DNA of 43,848 nucleotides, taken from Candidatus Heimdallarchaeota archaeon (GTDB taxonomy: Archaea > Asgardarchaeota > Heimdallarchaeia > Heimdallarchaeales > Heimdallarchaeaceae). Each line of letters begins with the position of its first letter. The stretch's first letter is position 1. Location: the NCBI GenBank assembly GCA_016840095.1, contig JAEOSZ010000034.1:1-43848 (forward strand). The letters run 5' to 3'. Positions 8,502-18,614 of the stretch are shown piece by piece. A program made the position numbers and the translations under genes. The notes beneath the pieces were generated by a model. That model had not been told where the DNA came from. It made no database searches and saw only the letters and a program-made list of their open reading frames with translations.

Positions 8502-11408
8502 TTATGTCGGCATTTTTCTAAATCGATGTCTGATTATAGGAATCATGACAATTGAAATTATGACAAAGGCAAGAACCCAATTAACAATCGTTCTTATTGT
8601 ATCTAGTTGATTCCAGAACAAAACATCTACAAAGAATTCAATACGACCATCTGAAGGAGTATAACCTGTGAATCTTAGTGGAATATACAAAGTATGTACT
8701 CCATACTCATCGAATGTAAATTCAATATTGTATTTGCCAGTTGTAACATTATATTCTATTTCAAGATGTTCAAAAGTATGATTAGGATATAGCAAAGTTG
8801 CATTAAGTTTATTATTTTCACTTATGTAAGAGCTGCCGTTTCTAAAATAAACTTCTACATCTAAAGATAGTTGTTTTCTGATAAGCACTCTTTCAGGAAT
8901 ACTTTCTATAAGTAACTCTGGTCTATGTGTATCTATAAGCCAATTGAATGTTTCATTCACTAATTGGGAGTTTTTCTCATCCAGACCAAAAATGTCTTTA
9001 TAAGAATGATCCAATCCAGCTCTAGAAGGTTTTTCTTCATAGGAATCAGATAACAATCCATGATCAGTAAATGGGTAACCCGAACCGAAAACCATTACCC
9101 TTCCACTGTAATACTCTTTTGCTAAAGCTGCATTGAACGTATACTTCTCTTTATCTATTACCGTCTCAAAAGTTGCTAAAACGCTATTGTTTACATTTGG
9201 ATTATCATTAAAACCAACAGGTCTACCCCAGAACATGAAGGAATCTACTTCTAGGATATTGTTTGTTAGATCAACTTGAGCTTCATATGGAACATAATCA
9301 ATAGGTATATTCTCTCCAACACTTGCATTAAACATTCCAAGTAGCTCATCACAAGCATAATAGTTACTAGAAATTAAAGGTTCATTATCAATTGATGTTG
9401 CATCAATAAACCTGATACTATCAATTAGAAATAGGAGAGAACCTCCTCCTTGAACAAAACTATGAATATTATCTAATTCGCTTGATGTAAAATTGAGTTC
9501 TGGATCAGAGATAACTAAAATATCTACTCCTGTAAATGAATAATTACCTTGAAAATGATTGCGTATTCTAAATCCTCTATCTTTCAATATTCGGGTTAGA
9601 TAAGTATGTGTTCCTACAGAAGAAGAAGCATCGAACCATCTATTTTCGGTGTCATTCTCATGTGAGTTATCAAAAAGGATTGTGCCTCCCAGGTATCTCG
9701 TTTGAATTGAGATACTCATTGAAGTGGTTATTCCATCCGTATTCTCAAAAGAAATCGCTGTAATTATTTCTCTCATCGGTGTATCAAGAGGAATTGTGAT
9801 ATTGAAAGCAAAATGGTTCCATCCTGAATAAACAACAATCTGATCTGGTATTTTAATAAACTGTGAATCCCCAATAATAGAAGTATTAATCTGTCCATCA
9901 AATGATGAAATAAGTTTTATGAAAAATTCAGAAGTTTCTCCTTCTACACAAGAATAGAAGTACTCATTTTCAGGAGAGATTCTTTTAGGTAATATTGTAA
10001 AGAGGTCATTAGTACGATAGTTTTCTAGATAATTATATGCAGCTAAAGGATTAATCATTCCATTACCTTGATAGATAATTGGAAAGTTCATATCGATTGC
10101 AGTTTCTAAGATAGCAGCTTCATATTTGTGAGTACTAAGTCCTGGAAAAGCTCCAACTAATAAAGCAAAAACTCCAGCAACAATTGGAGCAGAAACAGAA
10201 GTACCTGATACCCATCTTGATCCTCCTGTTGTAGCATCACTACCCTGTATTGCCACCCCAGGAGCTAATATATCTATTCCTGCAGAGAAATTTCTGTTTA
10301 AACCTTTAGAAGTAAAAATTGCTAAATCATTCATATATTCTGAAGCACCCACAGAGATAACATGATCCCAAATCGCAGGTGCACCAATAGAAGCTCCTGA
10401 AGGACCATAGTTTCCTGCAGATGCAATAACAGGAATATTTTGTCTAGCAGCTTCATAGATTAGTTCTTCAATAGGATCTCCCATAGCTGCAAAAGTAACT
10501 GAGGTTAAGCTTGCAGAAATCAAGTGGGGACCATATAGAATTGCTTCATCAAAACCAATAATAAGCCATTCATCTTTACCGTAACCAGTTTTATCGAGAA
10601 CCTTGATATTGTATAACTTAGCATCAGGTGCAATCCCATAATTATCAGTTATCTCTACTATGCCATCAGCATTTCTATATTTACCGTTGCCAGCCAATAT
10701 TGATGCTATATGAGTCCCATGACCACTCAAGTCATCAGAATCTTCAACAGCTGGAATTAGATTAACATCAATAGCAATTTTATCTTCTTCAGGATAATTT
10801 CTTAATTTATCTAGAGATGGAGCTACAGAGAAATTCAAACCACTGTCTAAAATTGCAATATTGACCCCATAACCTGTAAAATTAGCATTATGAATTGCAT
10901 CTATTTCAAGTGCTTGACGAAGAACACTGAGATCTACAGAACCAGAAAAATCCATATCAACGTTCTGAGGAATGTGAAAGTCATATGTCCCAATAGGGTA
11001 TGTATATTTCACTCTAAAATCTAAGAAATTCAATTGGTGTAGAGCCATCTCTGTATATGAAAAAGAAACAGCAGGTATCGATTTGAAAATTCTATCAATT
11101 GATATGTCATATTTGATGGAATCCTCAATAAATAAGTCTCTTTCTTCAAATGAGAAAAATGATATCATAACTCTCCCATTAAAATCCATCAAATCCTTGT
11201 ATATCTGATTCATAGTCATTGGAGCTATCCATCTTTGAGTCTCAAGAATATTACTAGCCTTTACTACAGAAAAACTAGCTTCGTTGGAATAATTAATTGA
11301 CTTGATTAGTGCAGGATTGTTAATGTGTGTAGATTTTGCTTGTATTAACATAGGTATTGGGAGAATAATAATTGAGACTAAAAAAAAGATGAATAGCTTA
11401 TTTCTCAT
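8502..11408 (-). CDS. Membrane-anchored S8 subtilisin-like serine protease with a GATase-like (DUF4350/ABC_transp_aux-type) domain
   Basis: Signal peptide; triad ILDSG / GHGTH / SGTSVSAP, oxyanion SAGN; ILFDNSH...ILVISDPE...FVQGGGSLL; C-terminal TM plus basic tail. Confidence 0.92.
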   Translation of the reverse strand: MRNKLFIFFLVSIIILPIPMLIQAKSTHINNPALIKSINYSNEASFSVVKASNILETQRWIAPMTMNQIYKDLMDFNGRVMISFFSFEERDLFIEDSIKYDISIDRIFKSIPAVSFSYTEMALHQLNFLDFRVKYTYPIGTYDFHIPQNVDMDFSGSVDLSVLRQALEIDAIHNANFTGYGVNIAILDSGLNFSVAPSLDKLRNYPEEDKIAIDVNLIPAVEDSDDLSGHGTHIASILAGNGKYRNADGIVEITDNYGIAPDAKLYNIKVLDKTGYGKDEWLIIGFDEAILYGPHLISASLTSVTFAAMGDPIEELIYEAARQNIPVIASAGNYGPSGASIGAPAIWDHVISVGASEYMNDLAIFTSKGLNRNFSAGIDILAPGVAIQGSDATTGGSRWVSGTSVSAPIVAGVFALLVGAFPGLSTHKYEAAILETAIDMNFPIIYQGNGMINPLAAYNYLENYRTNDLFTILPKRISPENEYFYSCVEGETSEFFIKLISSFDGQINTSIIGDSQFIKIPDQIVVYSGWNHFAFNITIPLDTPMREIITAISFENTDGITTSMSISIQTRYLGGTILFDNSHENDTENRWFDASSSVGTHTYLTRILKDRGFRIRNHFQGNYSFTGVDILVISDPELNFTSSELDNIHSFVQGGGSLLFLIDSIRFIDATSIDNEPLISSNYYACDELLGMFNASVGENIPIDYVPYEAQVDLTNNILEVDSFMFWGRPVGFNDNPNVNNSVLATFETVIDKEKYTFNAALAKEYYSGRVMVFGSGYPFTDHGLLSDSYEEKPSRAGLDHSYKDIFGLDEKNSQLVNETFNWLIDTHRPELLIESIPERVLIRKQLSLDVEVYFRNGSSYISENNKLNATLLYPNHTFEHLEIEYNVTTGKYNIEFTFDEYGVHTLYIPLRFTGYTPSDGRIEFFVDVLFWNQLDTIRTIVNWVLAFVIISIVMIPIIRHRFRKMPT

Positions 11409-11575
11409 AGGTATAAAATGGTAATGAGACTTTTAGATTTTTCTCTAGTGTTAATCATTTTATCACAATTTTTGTCGGGATATCAAATGCAATGGATTAG
11501 ATTTTGCTTAATCACTATAAAATGGAAACTCTTATATTAGAACAATATGGATGATTTCCAAGGTGAAATAACACA

Positions 11576-11971
11576 ATGCCATACCAATGGTTAAAACGCT
11601 CAAGAAGGAAATTATCAGGTGGTCTTATCAGAAGAGCAGCGTCAAAAAAGAAAAGAGATATGGGTAGATATCCAGCTGAAACTCACATAGGTCCAAGAGT
11701 ACTCAAACCAATTAGAACACGTGGAGGAAATCTCAAATATAGAGTACTTAGAGAAGAGCACGCTAATGTCTTAGATCAAGAGACAGGAATTTCTCAAAAA
11801 GTCAAGATCCTCAATGTCCTTGAAAACAAAGCAAACCGTGAGTATGCAAGAAGAAGAATTATTACAAAAGGCTGTGTTATTGATACAGAACTCGGAAAAG
11901 CAATGGTAACTAGCAGACCCGGTCAACATGGTAATATAAACTGTGTACTTATTGAACGAAAGGAAGAATAG
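11576..11971 (+). CDS. rps8e: 30S ribosomal protein S8e
   Basis: [25 protein letters not shown]; AGGTGA SD. Confidence 0.97.
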   Translation: MPYQWLKRSRRKLSGGLIRRAASKKKRDMGRYPAETHIGPRVLKPIRTRGGNLKYRVLREEHANVLDQETGISQKVKILNVLENKANREYARRRIITKGCVIDTELGKAMVTSRPGQHGNINCVLIERKEE

Positions 11972-12017
11972 GTTAATCTTCCAAATCTTTTAAAAACAAT
12001 TTGAGTAAGGCTATATT

Positions 12018-12350
12018 ATGCTACGCAAAAAGCGTTATTTTGTACTCTATCCAGAATATTTTGATAAGAATCTCACTCGTAAACAAGGGAGGAAAATTCC
12101 TAAGAACAAAGCTGTAGCAGATTGTAATCTATCTAAAATAGCATATGCATGCAAATATCTAGAGCTTGATTATGAAATTGAAAAAGATAAGAAATATACA
12201 AAGAATTGGTGGTCGAGTGAAGGTAGAGTTGTAGTTAATCCAGAAGGTATAGCAAGTAAAACTGAGTTAATTCGAAGAATTGCTAATGTATCTAGAAAAC
12301 TCAAGAAAGTTGAGAAATCTGGAGATGCAAAAAAATCAAAGTCCAAATAA
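12018..12350 (+). CDS. srp19: Signal recognition particle protein SRP19
   Basis: LYPEYFDKNLTRKQGRKIPK..AV, KKY...WW...GRV, KTELIR. Confidence 0.93.
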   Translation: MLRKKRYFVLYPEYFDKNLTRKQGRKIPKNKAVADCNLSKIAYACKYLELDYEIEKDKKYTKNWWSSEGRVVVNPEGIASKTELIRRIANVSRKLKKVEKSGDAKKSKSK

Positions 12351-12358
12351 TTTGAGAT

Positions 12359-12703
12359 TTGAAGAAATCAGAGTTGATTAAATTGGAGCGAGAAAGAATA
12401 AAAAAACTCGGTGCTATTGAATTTTTTAGTGACTTAGGAAATGCAATAATTCATGACCCTCCAAAACTCCCAAAAATTGGGTCGAATGTTGTCACCGAAA
12501 GAATGGAACACATTGGACGAATTGCAGACATCTTTGGACCTGTTAAATCACCATATGTTAGTATTAGAATCAAACCACAATACAAAGATATTATTGAGGT
12601 TAATACTACACTTTATGTAATTGATCGAAAACCAGCTAATGTAAGGCAGAGAAAGAAATCATACTCTCATAGGTATAGCAAAACAGCGGAAAAGAGAAGT
12701 TAA
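12359..12703 (+). CDS. gar1: H/ACA RNP protein Gar1
   Basis: PKIG..V......IGRIADIFGPVKSPYVSI; TTG start uncertain. Confidence 0.9.
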   Translation: MKKSELIKLERERIKKLGAIEFFSDLGNAIIHDPPKLPKIGSNVVTERMEHIGRIADIFGPVKSPYVSIRIKPQYKDIIEVNTTLYVIDRKPANVRQRKKSYSHRYSKTAEKRS

Positions 12704-12848
12704 ACGAACCTTACTTTACTTATTATTGTCGTAATAATATGTTATATTTTCTTTTTCAATTTTTCTTGAAATTTCCATTTGAAATTGAACGGTATTAACA
12801 CTTAAATATGCTAATGGAGAAGGTATAATAAGACGATAACATTGCTGT

Positions 12849-13370
12849 TTGAGTTCTTCAATATCAGAAATAAATAGTGAAGAGATTCGACAACAATTCG
12901 CTGGTGTGATGAGAATGATACCTGTTCAAAGAATAAAGACAGAGAAGAATTATAGTATTGCCCTTGGGGATGAAATAATTGAGCTTATTGGGCGAACTCA
13001 GAATAAGAATTTGCTCTATAGAGAAGTGTTAGATATACTTGGAAATCATGAATCTATCGTTCTCAAACTAGATGAACTTCTTTACACAAATCGAATTTTG
13101 AAAATACCTATTCAAGTTGGCAATGTTAAGGACTATGTTCTAACAATACCAAAGAAGAAAGAAACTGGCTGGATGACTATGGTATGTCCATGCTTTACAT
13201 GTGACAGAATTAGTGAATGTGCAGTTAATAATCCAGTTAATCCCGTGTCATGTAGACTTCATAATGAATGGTTGATTGAAGAAGACGATTCGAAGAAGAT
13301 TCAACCATTCAAGTTCATTGAATATGATATCTTGGATGATGATGACACAGTTAAAATTCCCTTGAAGTAA
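12849..13370 (+). CDS. Transcription factor E beta subunit (RPC34/RPC6-like: wHTH plus 4Fe-4S motif)
   Basis: PCFTCDRISECAVNNPVNPVSCRLHNEWL = Cx2Cx5Cx10Cx4EWL, preceded by a wHTH-like segment; next to gar1. Confidence 0.85.
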   Translation: MSSSISEINSEEIRQQFAGVMRMIPVQRIKTEKNYSIALGDEIIELIGRTQNKNLLYREVLDILGNHESIVLKLDELLYTNRILKIPIQVGNVKDYVLTIPKKKETGWMTMVCPCFTCDRISECAVNNPVNPVSCRLHNEWLIEEDDSKKIQPFKFIEYDILDDDDTVKIPLK

Positions 13371-13439
13371 TAAATTAATCGGGAGAGAGGACACAATTTT
13401 TATCAATACTAGATTTTTATAAGATTCAAATAACACTAT

Positions 13440-14048
13440 GTGATTACTTTGAGTGCTGACCCTTATGCAAGAAAAGCTAGAGCAAGTGGATTTAGATCAA
13501 GAGCTGCTTACAAGCTTTTTGAGATAAACGATAAATTTAGTATTTTCAAAAAGGGGCAACAGATTATAGATTTAGGTGCATCTCCAGGAGGATGGTCTCA
13601 AGTAGCATCAAGAAAAGTTGGGAGTAATGGACTAGTTATTGCAGTAGATAAAGCATACCTACAAGAATTCAAAGAGAAAAATATAATCATTGTTTTTGAA
13701 GATATTTTTAAGAAAAATCTGGATGAGATTATAGTTGGTGATTACGGTAAATCAGATGTTTTAATTTCTGATTGTGCTCCGAATATTTCAGGAAATTATG
13801 ATAAAGATCATGCTATACAATCAATGCTAGCTCACCGAGCTTTTGAATTGTCTATCAAAGTTCTCTATATGGGTGGTTCCTTTGTTTGTAAAATATTTCA
13901 AGGAAGTGAAACCCAAGAATTTGTTAAATCTGTTAAGGAACGATTTGGAACAGTAAAGTTATTCAAACCAAAATCATCAAGAAAACAGAGTTCAGAAATT
14001 TATTTGGTAGCTAAAGATTTCATTCCAGAATCAGAATTATTTACTTAA
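13440..14048 (+). CDS. rlmE: 23S rRNA Um2552 2'-O-methyltransferase RlmE/FtsJ
   Basis: FRSRAAYKL, DLGASPGGWSQ, SDCAPN, KIFQG, KPKSSRKQSSEIY. Confidence 0.95.
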   Translation: MITLSADPYARKARASGFRSRAAYKLFEINDKFSIFKKGQQIIDLGASPGGWSQVASRKVGSNGLVIAVDKAYLQEFKEKNIIIVFEDIFKKNLDEIIVGDYGKSDVLISDCAPNISGNYDKDHAIQSMLAHRAFELSIKVLYMGGSFVCKIFQGSETQEFVKSVKERFGTVKLFKPKSSRKQSSEIYLVAKDFIPESELFT

Positions 14049-14057
14049 AGTGATAAA

Positions 14058-15233
14058 ATGACAACAGATAGTTGGAAGAAAGTGAAAGAAGGGAAAACAC
14101 AGTTTGAAATAATTCAAGATGCTGAAAGAATATATGATGCATCTGTTTTTTACAATCCTAAAATGACAATTAACAGAGATATCACCCTTCTGATGATCGA
14201 GACTATTTCAAAATTACAAAACAGAGCGTTGTTTTTTGTAGATGCCCTTGCAGGGACTGGAGTCAGAAGTTTTAGATTATTAAATGAGCTGAGCAAAACT
14301 ACTATAGATTCTTTAATCATTAATGATAAGAATCCAAAAGCGGTAGAGATTATATCAAAAAATATTTCCTCATATGAAGCAAGTGAAAAATTAGAACTTG
14401 TTCACTCTGATGCATTAGATTTATTATATAACATTATCAAAGAAAGGAAACCAATAGATGTAATTGATATAGATCCTTTCGGTTCTCCGATATCTTTTAT
14501 CGAAACATCCCTTAATGCACTCAAACGCAATTCAGGATATCTCTTTGCAACTGCAACAGACCTGCAAGTTTTATGTGGTAAATATTCAGAAGCATGTTTC
14601 AGAATCTATAATTCACATCCAACACGGTATTATCTATGTCACGAAGTTGCTCTAAGAATTCTTATCTATAATGCTATTACTAGTGCAGGTAGACTAGGTC
14701 TCGAAATTGTTCCAATTCTAAGTTATCATTTTGAACATTATTTGAGAGTCAAAGTAAAGATAGAAAAAAGCAAAGAAGCAGCAAATGAACAACACAAGCA
14801 AATTGGATTTGTAATTTTCTGCCCCCATTGTTCTTACCATGGTACTTACACTTTAAACGAAAATTATGCAAAAGCAAATTGTCCAATTTGCAATAATCTT
14901 CTGGAAAAAGCTGGACCACTATGGTTAGGAAAATTATATAGTAAGAAATACTTAATTCAAATGCAAGAGCTTCTAGAGGGATTGGAGCTTCCTAATGAGA
15001 AGAAGATCGCAAAATTACTAGAATTTGTTTTAGGAGAAATCGATAACCTTCCTTTCTTCTATGATTTTCCACTTGTTACCAGGCAATCTGAAAAGAAAGG
15101 TATCAAAATACATGACATAATTGATACACTTCTTGATGCAGGTTTCGAAGCTTCCAGAACTGTTTTTAGTCCTGAAGGATTAAAAACAAATGCTAATTAT
15201 GAGGAGTTAGTTAAATTAATTAAGAAATTCTAA
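14058..15233 (+). CDS. trm1: tRNA (guanine-26-N2)-dimethyltransferase Trm1
   Basis: VFYNPKM..NRD, DALAGTGVR, DIDPFGSP, TATD, CPHC/CPIC, GPLWLG, KTNA. Confidence 0.95.
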   Translation: MTTDSWKKVKEGKTQFEIIQDAERIYDASVFYNPKMTINRDITLLMIETISKLQNRALFFVDALAGTGVRSFRLLNELSKTTIDSLIINDKNPKAVEIISKNISSYEASEKLELVHSDALDLLYNIIKERKPIDVIDIDPFGSPISFIETSLNALKRNSGYLFATATDLQVLCGKYSEACFRIYNSHPTRYYLCHEVALRILIYNAITSAGRLGLEIVPILSYHFEHYLRVKVKIEKSKEAANEQHKQIGFVIFCPHCSYHGTYTLNENYAKANCPICNNLLEKAGPLWLGKLYSKKYLIQMQELLEGLELPNEKKIAKLLEFVLGEIDNLPFFYDFPLVTRQSEKKGIKIHDIIDTLLDAGFEASRTVFSPEGLKTNANYEELVKLIKKF

Positions 15234-15250
15234 GTTGAGTGATGATATAA

Positions 15251-15928
15251 ATGAATAACCAGGATGATATTATAGTTGGAATTGATGAAGCTGGAAGAGG
15301 ACCAGTAATAGGTCCTTTGGTAATCTGTGCTTATGCTTTACCAAGAAAAGATTTGGATCAACTAAGAAAACACAGAGTAAAGGATTCAAAAACACTGTCG
15401 AAGAAAAGAAGATTTGAGTTATATGCAGTACTAGTTTCAATTGCTACTGATTTTCAAACCAAACATCTCTCTGCTGCTGAAATTGATGAATTAAGAAAGA
15501 ATTATACACTGAATGTTATTGAACAAAAAATGATGTTAAAACTGGCTAAAAAAATTAAACCTACTCCTTCAGAGATTTACATTGATGCTGCTGACGTTAA
15601 TGAAAAACGATTTGGAAAGGTGTTTGAAACAGAATTTCCTAAAGCTAAGATAGTATCTAAACATAAAGCAGACATACTATTTCCTATTGTTTCTGCAGCA
15701 TCAATTATAGCAAAGAAACAGAGGGATGATGAAATAGCTAAATTATCAGAAAAAATTGGAGAAAATATAGGTTCAGGGTATCCAGCAGATCCAATCACTA
15801 AGAAGTTTTTGAATAACTATTATAGAAAGCACAAGAAATTCCCTCCATATGTTAGAGAATCGTGGGATACAGCTAAGAAAATAAAAAAGGAATTAAGTGA
15901 AACAAAAAAACTATCTGACTATTTCTAA
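15251..15928 (+). CDS. rnhB: Ribonuclease HII
   Basis: GIDEAGRGPVIGPLV, DSK, IDA, HKAD, VSAASIIAK, GSGYPAD. Confidence 0.97.
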   Translation: MNNQDDIIVGIDEAGRGPVIGPLVICAYALPRKDLDQLRKHRVKDSKTLSKKRRFELYAVLVSIATDFQTKHLSAAEIDELRKNYTLNVIEQKMMLKLAKKIKPTPSEIYIDAADVNEKRFGKVFETEFPKAKIVSKHKADILFPIVSAASIIAKKQRDDEIAKLSEKIGENIGSGYPADPITKKFLNNYYRKHKKFPPYVRESWDTAKKIKKELSETKKLSDYF

Positions 15929-16578
15929 GCAGAAGTTTCTATATCATTTGTCTGCCTTCTTTTCTTGAAAATAAATGGTATAATTGCTCCTGTTACTAAA
16001 CCAATTGCATGTGCAAATAGATTGACGTTGGGACTTCCAAACGACATTATTAGGAAAAAGATTACTCCTGATGCAACATATCCCCAGAAAGATTTTGTCC
16101 TCTCATGCTGATACATCAATATAAGATCGGCACCTAGTAACCCAAATATTGCACCACTTGCTCCTGCAGAAATTGAAATTGGTCCATAAACAAAGGAGAG
16201 TATTCCTCCCATTAAACCGGAAATTATGAAAACAAAATAATACTGCCAAGATAACAAACGTTCTTCTGCTTTTAAACCGAACACAAGTAAAAATAGGCAG
16301 TTAGAAAGTAAGTGTAACAAATCTACATGAACAAAGATAGAGGTAATTAACTGATATACATGCCCCTGAAAAACAAGAAGATTAAATTGTCCTACAACAA
16401 CTAAAATATCATCTGAAATTGAAATTGCATCTCTAAAAGATACAATGTTTCCTTGGGTCAAAGTAATAATCCATAAAATTAAGTGAATTAGTAAAAGTAA
16501 TACTAAGATGTTTCGAGTAGGTAGATTTGTTTTCCAAAATGAGCTCATAGAAAAACTATCTTCTTCTTTGTTATTCAC
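15925..16578 (-). CDS. Rhomboid family intramembrane serine protease
   Basis: TSIFVH...HLLSN, GASGAIFG (catalytic Ser), AHAIG (catalytic His); multiple TM helices. Confidence 0.93.
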   Translation of the reverse strand: MNNKEEDSFSMSSFWKTNLPTRNILVLLLLIHLILWIITLTQGNIVSFRDAISISDDILVVVGQFNLLVFQGHVYQLITSIFVHVDLLHLLSNCLFLLVFGLKAEERLLSWQYYFVFIISGLMGGILSFVYGPISISAGASGAIFGLLGADLILMYQHERTKSFWGYVASGVIFFLIMSFGSPNVNLFAHAIGLVTGAIIPFIFKKRRQTNDIETSA

Positions 16579-16698
16579 AAATTAGTTGATGATTGATGAT
16601 TAATAAACTCTTTTCATTTTGTGAAAGTAATTTTTAGCTGAACCCAAGAATAGACAAGCTTTTTATCCATTGTTAGAAGATCAATTAAGGAAATCAAA

Positions 16699-17205
16699 AT
16701 GGATATTAGTGGAACAGAAATTGCTTCGATAAACGAATTTGGAGAAATTCACACTGTTAGACATATCAATTTTGAGTGCACTAGTTGTTCGAAATGTTGT
16801 AAGCTAAACAATATACCAGTCACAGAACATGATATTGATCAACTACAAAAAAATGGATTGGAAATTGATCAAATTCTTGAAGAAATAAGTCCAGTTCTTA
16901 TAGCAAATAAGAATCTAGAACATGACGGTTTGGTAAAGGCTTATATTTTGCGACAAAAACCTTTCAGGAGAGAATGTGTTTTTCTTGAAGAAGATGGATT
17001 GTGCAAAGTTCATAATTTCAAACCTTTAACTTGTCAATTGTATCCATTCTCTGTTAAAAAGAATGAAAAAAAACTTCTAGTAATAGTTCATCCAAAAAAC
17101 ATTTGTGAATTTATTGAAATTGATGTGGATGAAAATAAATCCAATACTACTAAAATAGTTGAAAATCTTATGACTTATCTTTTTGGGGAAAAACAAACAT
17201 CTTAA
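16699..17205 (+). CDS. YkgJ-family cysteine cluster (CxxCxxCC) protein
   Basis: CTSCSKCC, CVFL, CKVH..KP..CQLYPF. Confidence 0.88.
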   Translation: MDISGTEIASINEFGEIHTVRHINFECTSCSKCCKLNNIPVTEHDIDQLQKNGLEIDQILEEISPVLIANKNLEHDGLVKAYILRQKPFRRECVFLEEDGLCKVHNFKPLTCQLYPFSVKKNEKKLLVIVHPKNICEFIEIDVDENKSNTTKIVENLMTYLFGEKQTS

Positions 17206-17243
17206 TGATAAACTTTATGTGTTATAATATCTGATATACCTTC

Positions 17244-18614
17244 ATGAGCTTGTTTAAAACAAATTTTATGAAGCTCGTTGAAGCATTCCTTCAAGACAAA
17301 GGCTTTAGAGTAGAGATGTGCAATATTTACACAAGAAATGTAGATTTCTTTGAAAGCTACAAGAGAGTAATCATGTGCGCATATAAAGATGATTTACTTC
17401 TAACTATCCGTGCAAGGAGTGGAGAAGCATCAGATCCTTTCAAAGGGACAGATGAACAAATAGAAGCTAAACTCCAAGAACCTGCTCTTAAACTATTAAG
17501 TTGTGTTCTTTCTTTGAATTCGGGAATGGATTCAGTCTTTTGTGAGAAATTCAAAGGGATGAAAGCTATACCAGTAATTATTATGGAAAAATCTTCTAGA
17601 AATCATCCACTTTACTATTATTTTGATGGAGAGACTAGAGAATCTAAAGAATGGTATAAGAAGAAAAACGTTGTTTATCTTCCATGGGAGTGGGTTAAAG
17701 AATTCTGGAATAGAGATTTTGAACTATCTCTTTTGGACCAAGGATATGAGGTTTTAAAACCAATTATACATGAGCCAGAGCTTCATATAAAACAAGCAAT
17801 AACTGAAATTGAAGAAGTACTAGCATCTAGAAGAATCGGGATTATGAAATCCGTTCATCTAGATAAACCCACTCTTCCTCCATTAGCTCTTACTCTCACT
17901 CAAAATGATCAGATGATGATTTTTGTTGTAGATGAACCTGATGATAATGTACATCCAAAGCTAATGGATTTTGCAATATATCATTTTGGAACAAAAATAG
18001 ATAAGTTTCCAACTACTGTTAAAGCCATATTTTTCAACATTTCAATTATTGATAAAGAAAAAAGCTACATGATTCCATATGTTCCTAAAGATAACAAATT
18101 TGTTGAGAAACATTTTGAACATCCAATAGTTATCAAGACAACAACCAAAGGCTTTCAATTGCTTTTGGAAGCTGCTACTGTTGAAGAATTATCTGCTCTC
18201 CCTCAGTTAAGTCCACTTACAAGTCTCGAAATGGAGGATTTATTGTTAACTTCCTCTGGATATTGGTTCTCAAATGTTTTTGAAGAAGCTAAAAAAAGAT
18301 TGAAGAATTTCTATCATTCGAAATGTCCATTCTGTTCAAATGCAAACATATTACATCAAATTCCTCATTATGTTATAAATCATCTGAAGATGGAATTAAA
18401 TATAACTAAGGAGAATTCATATACTGTTTTCTGTGATGACACAAGAAATGGTTGTGGTTTTGGTTTTCTTATTGTTAAAGACAGAATCCAAGGCGGAGTT
18501 CACGGATTTTTCGTTGGTGGAGATCAACAATATGCTCATGAATTAGATAGTGCAAAAAGACAAATCCAGACTATTGGATTAAGAGCACAGTCATTCACAC
18601 ACATAAAGCAGTGA
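17244..18614 (+). CDS. Hypothetical protein with a C-terminal putative zinc ribbon
   Basis: 456-aa ORF; CPFC...FCDDTRNGCG near the C-terminus. Confidence 0.7.
   Translation: MSLFKTNFMKLVEAFLQDKGFRVEMCNIYTRNVDFFESYKRVIMCAYKDDLLLTIRARSGEASDPFKGTDEQIEAKLQEPALKLLSCVLSLNSGMDSVFCEKFKGMKAIPVIIMEKSSRNHPLYYYFDGETRESKEWYKKKNVVYLPWEWVKEFWNRDFELSLLDQGYEVLKPIIHEPELHIKQAITEIEEVLASRRIGIMKSVHLDKPTLPPLALTLTQNDQMMIFVVDEPDDNVHPKLMDFAIYHFGTKIDKFPTTVKAIFFNISIIDKEKSYMIPYVPKDNKFVEKHFEHPIVIKTTTKGFQLLLEAATVEELSALPQLSPLTSLEMEDLLLTSSGYWFSNVFEEAKKRLKNFYHSKCPFCSNANILHQIPHYVINHLKMELNITKENSYTVFCDDTRNGCGFGFLIVKDRIQGGVHGFFVGGDQQYAHELDSAKRQIQTIGLRAQSFTHIKQ

Noticed and set aside
8142-8555. 137-aa + strand ORF and other short ORFs nested antisense in long genes (e.g. 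1326-1586, 35272-35679, 42885-43079)
   Set aside because: Overlap well-supported genes on the opposite strand and carry no motifs
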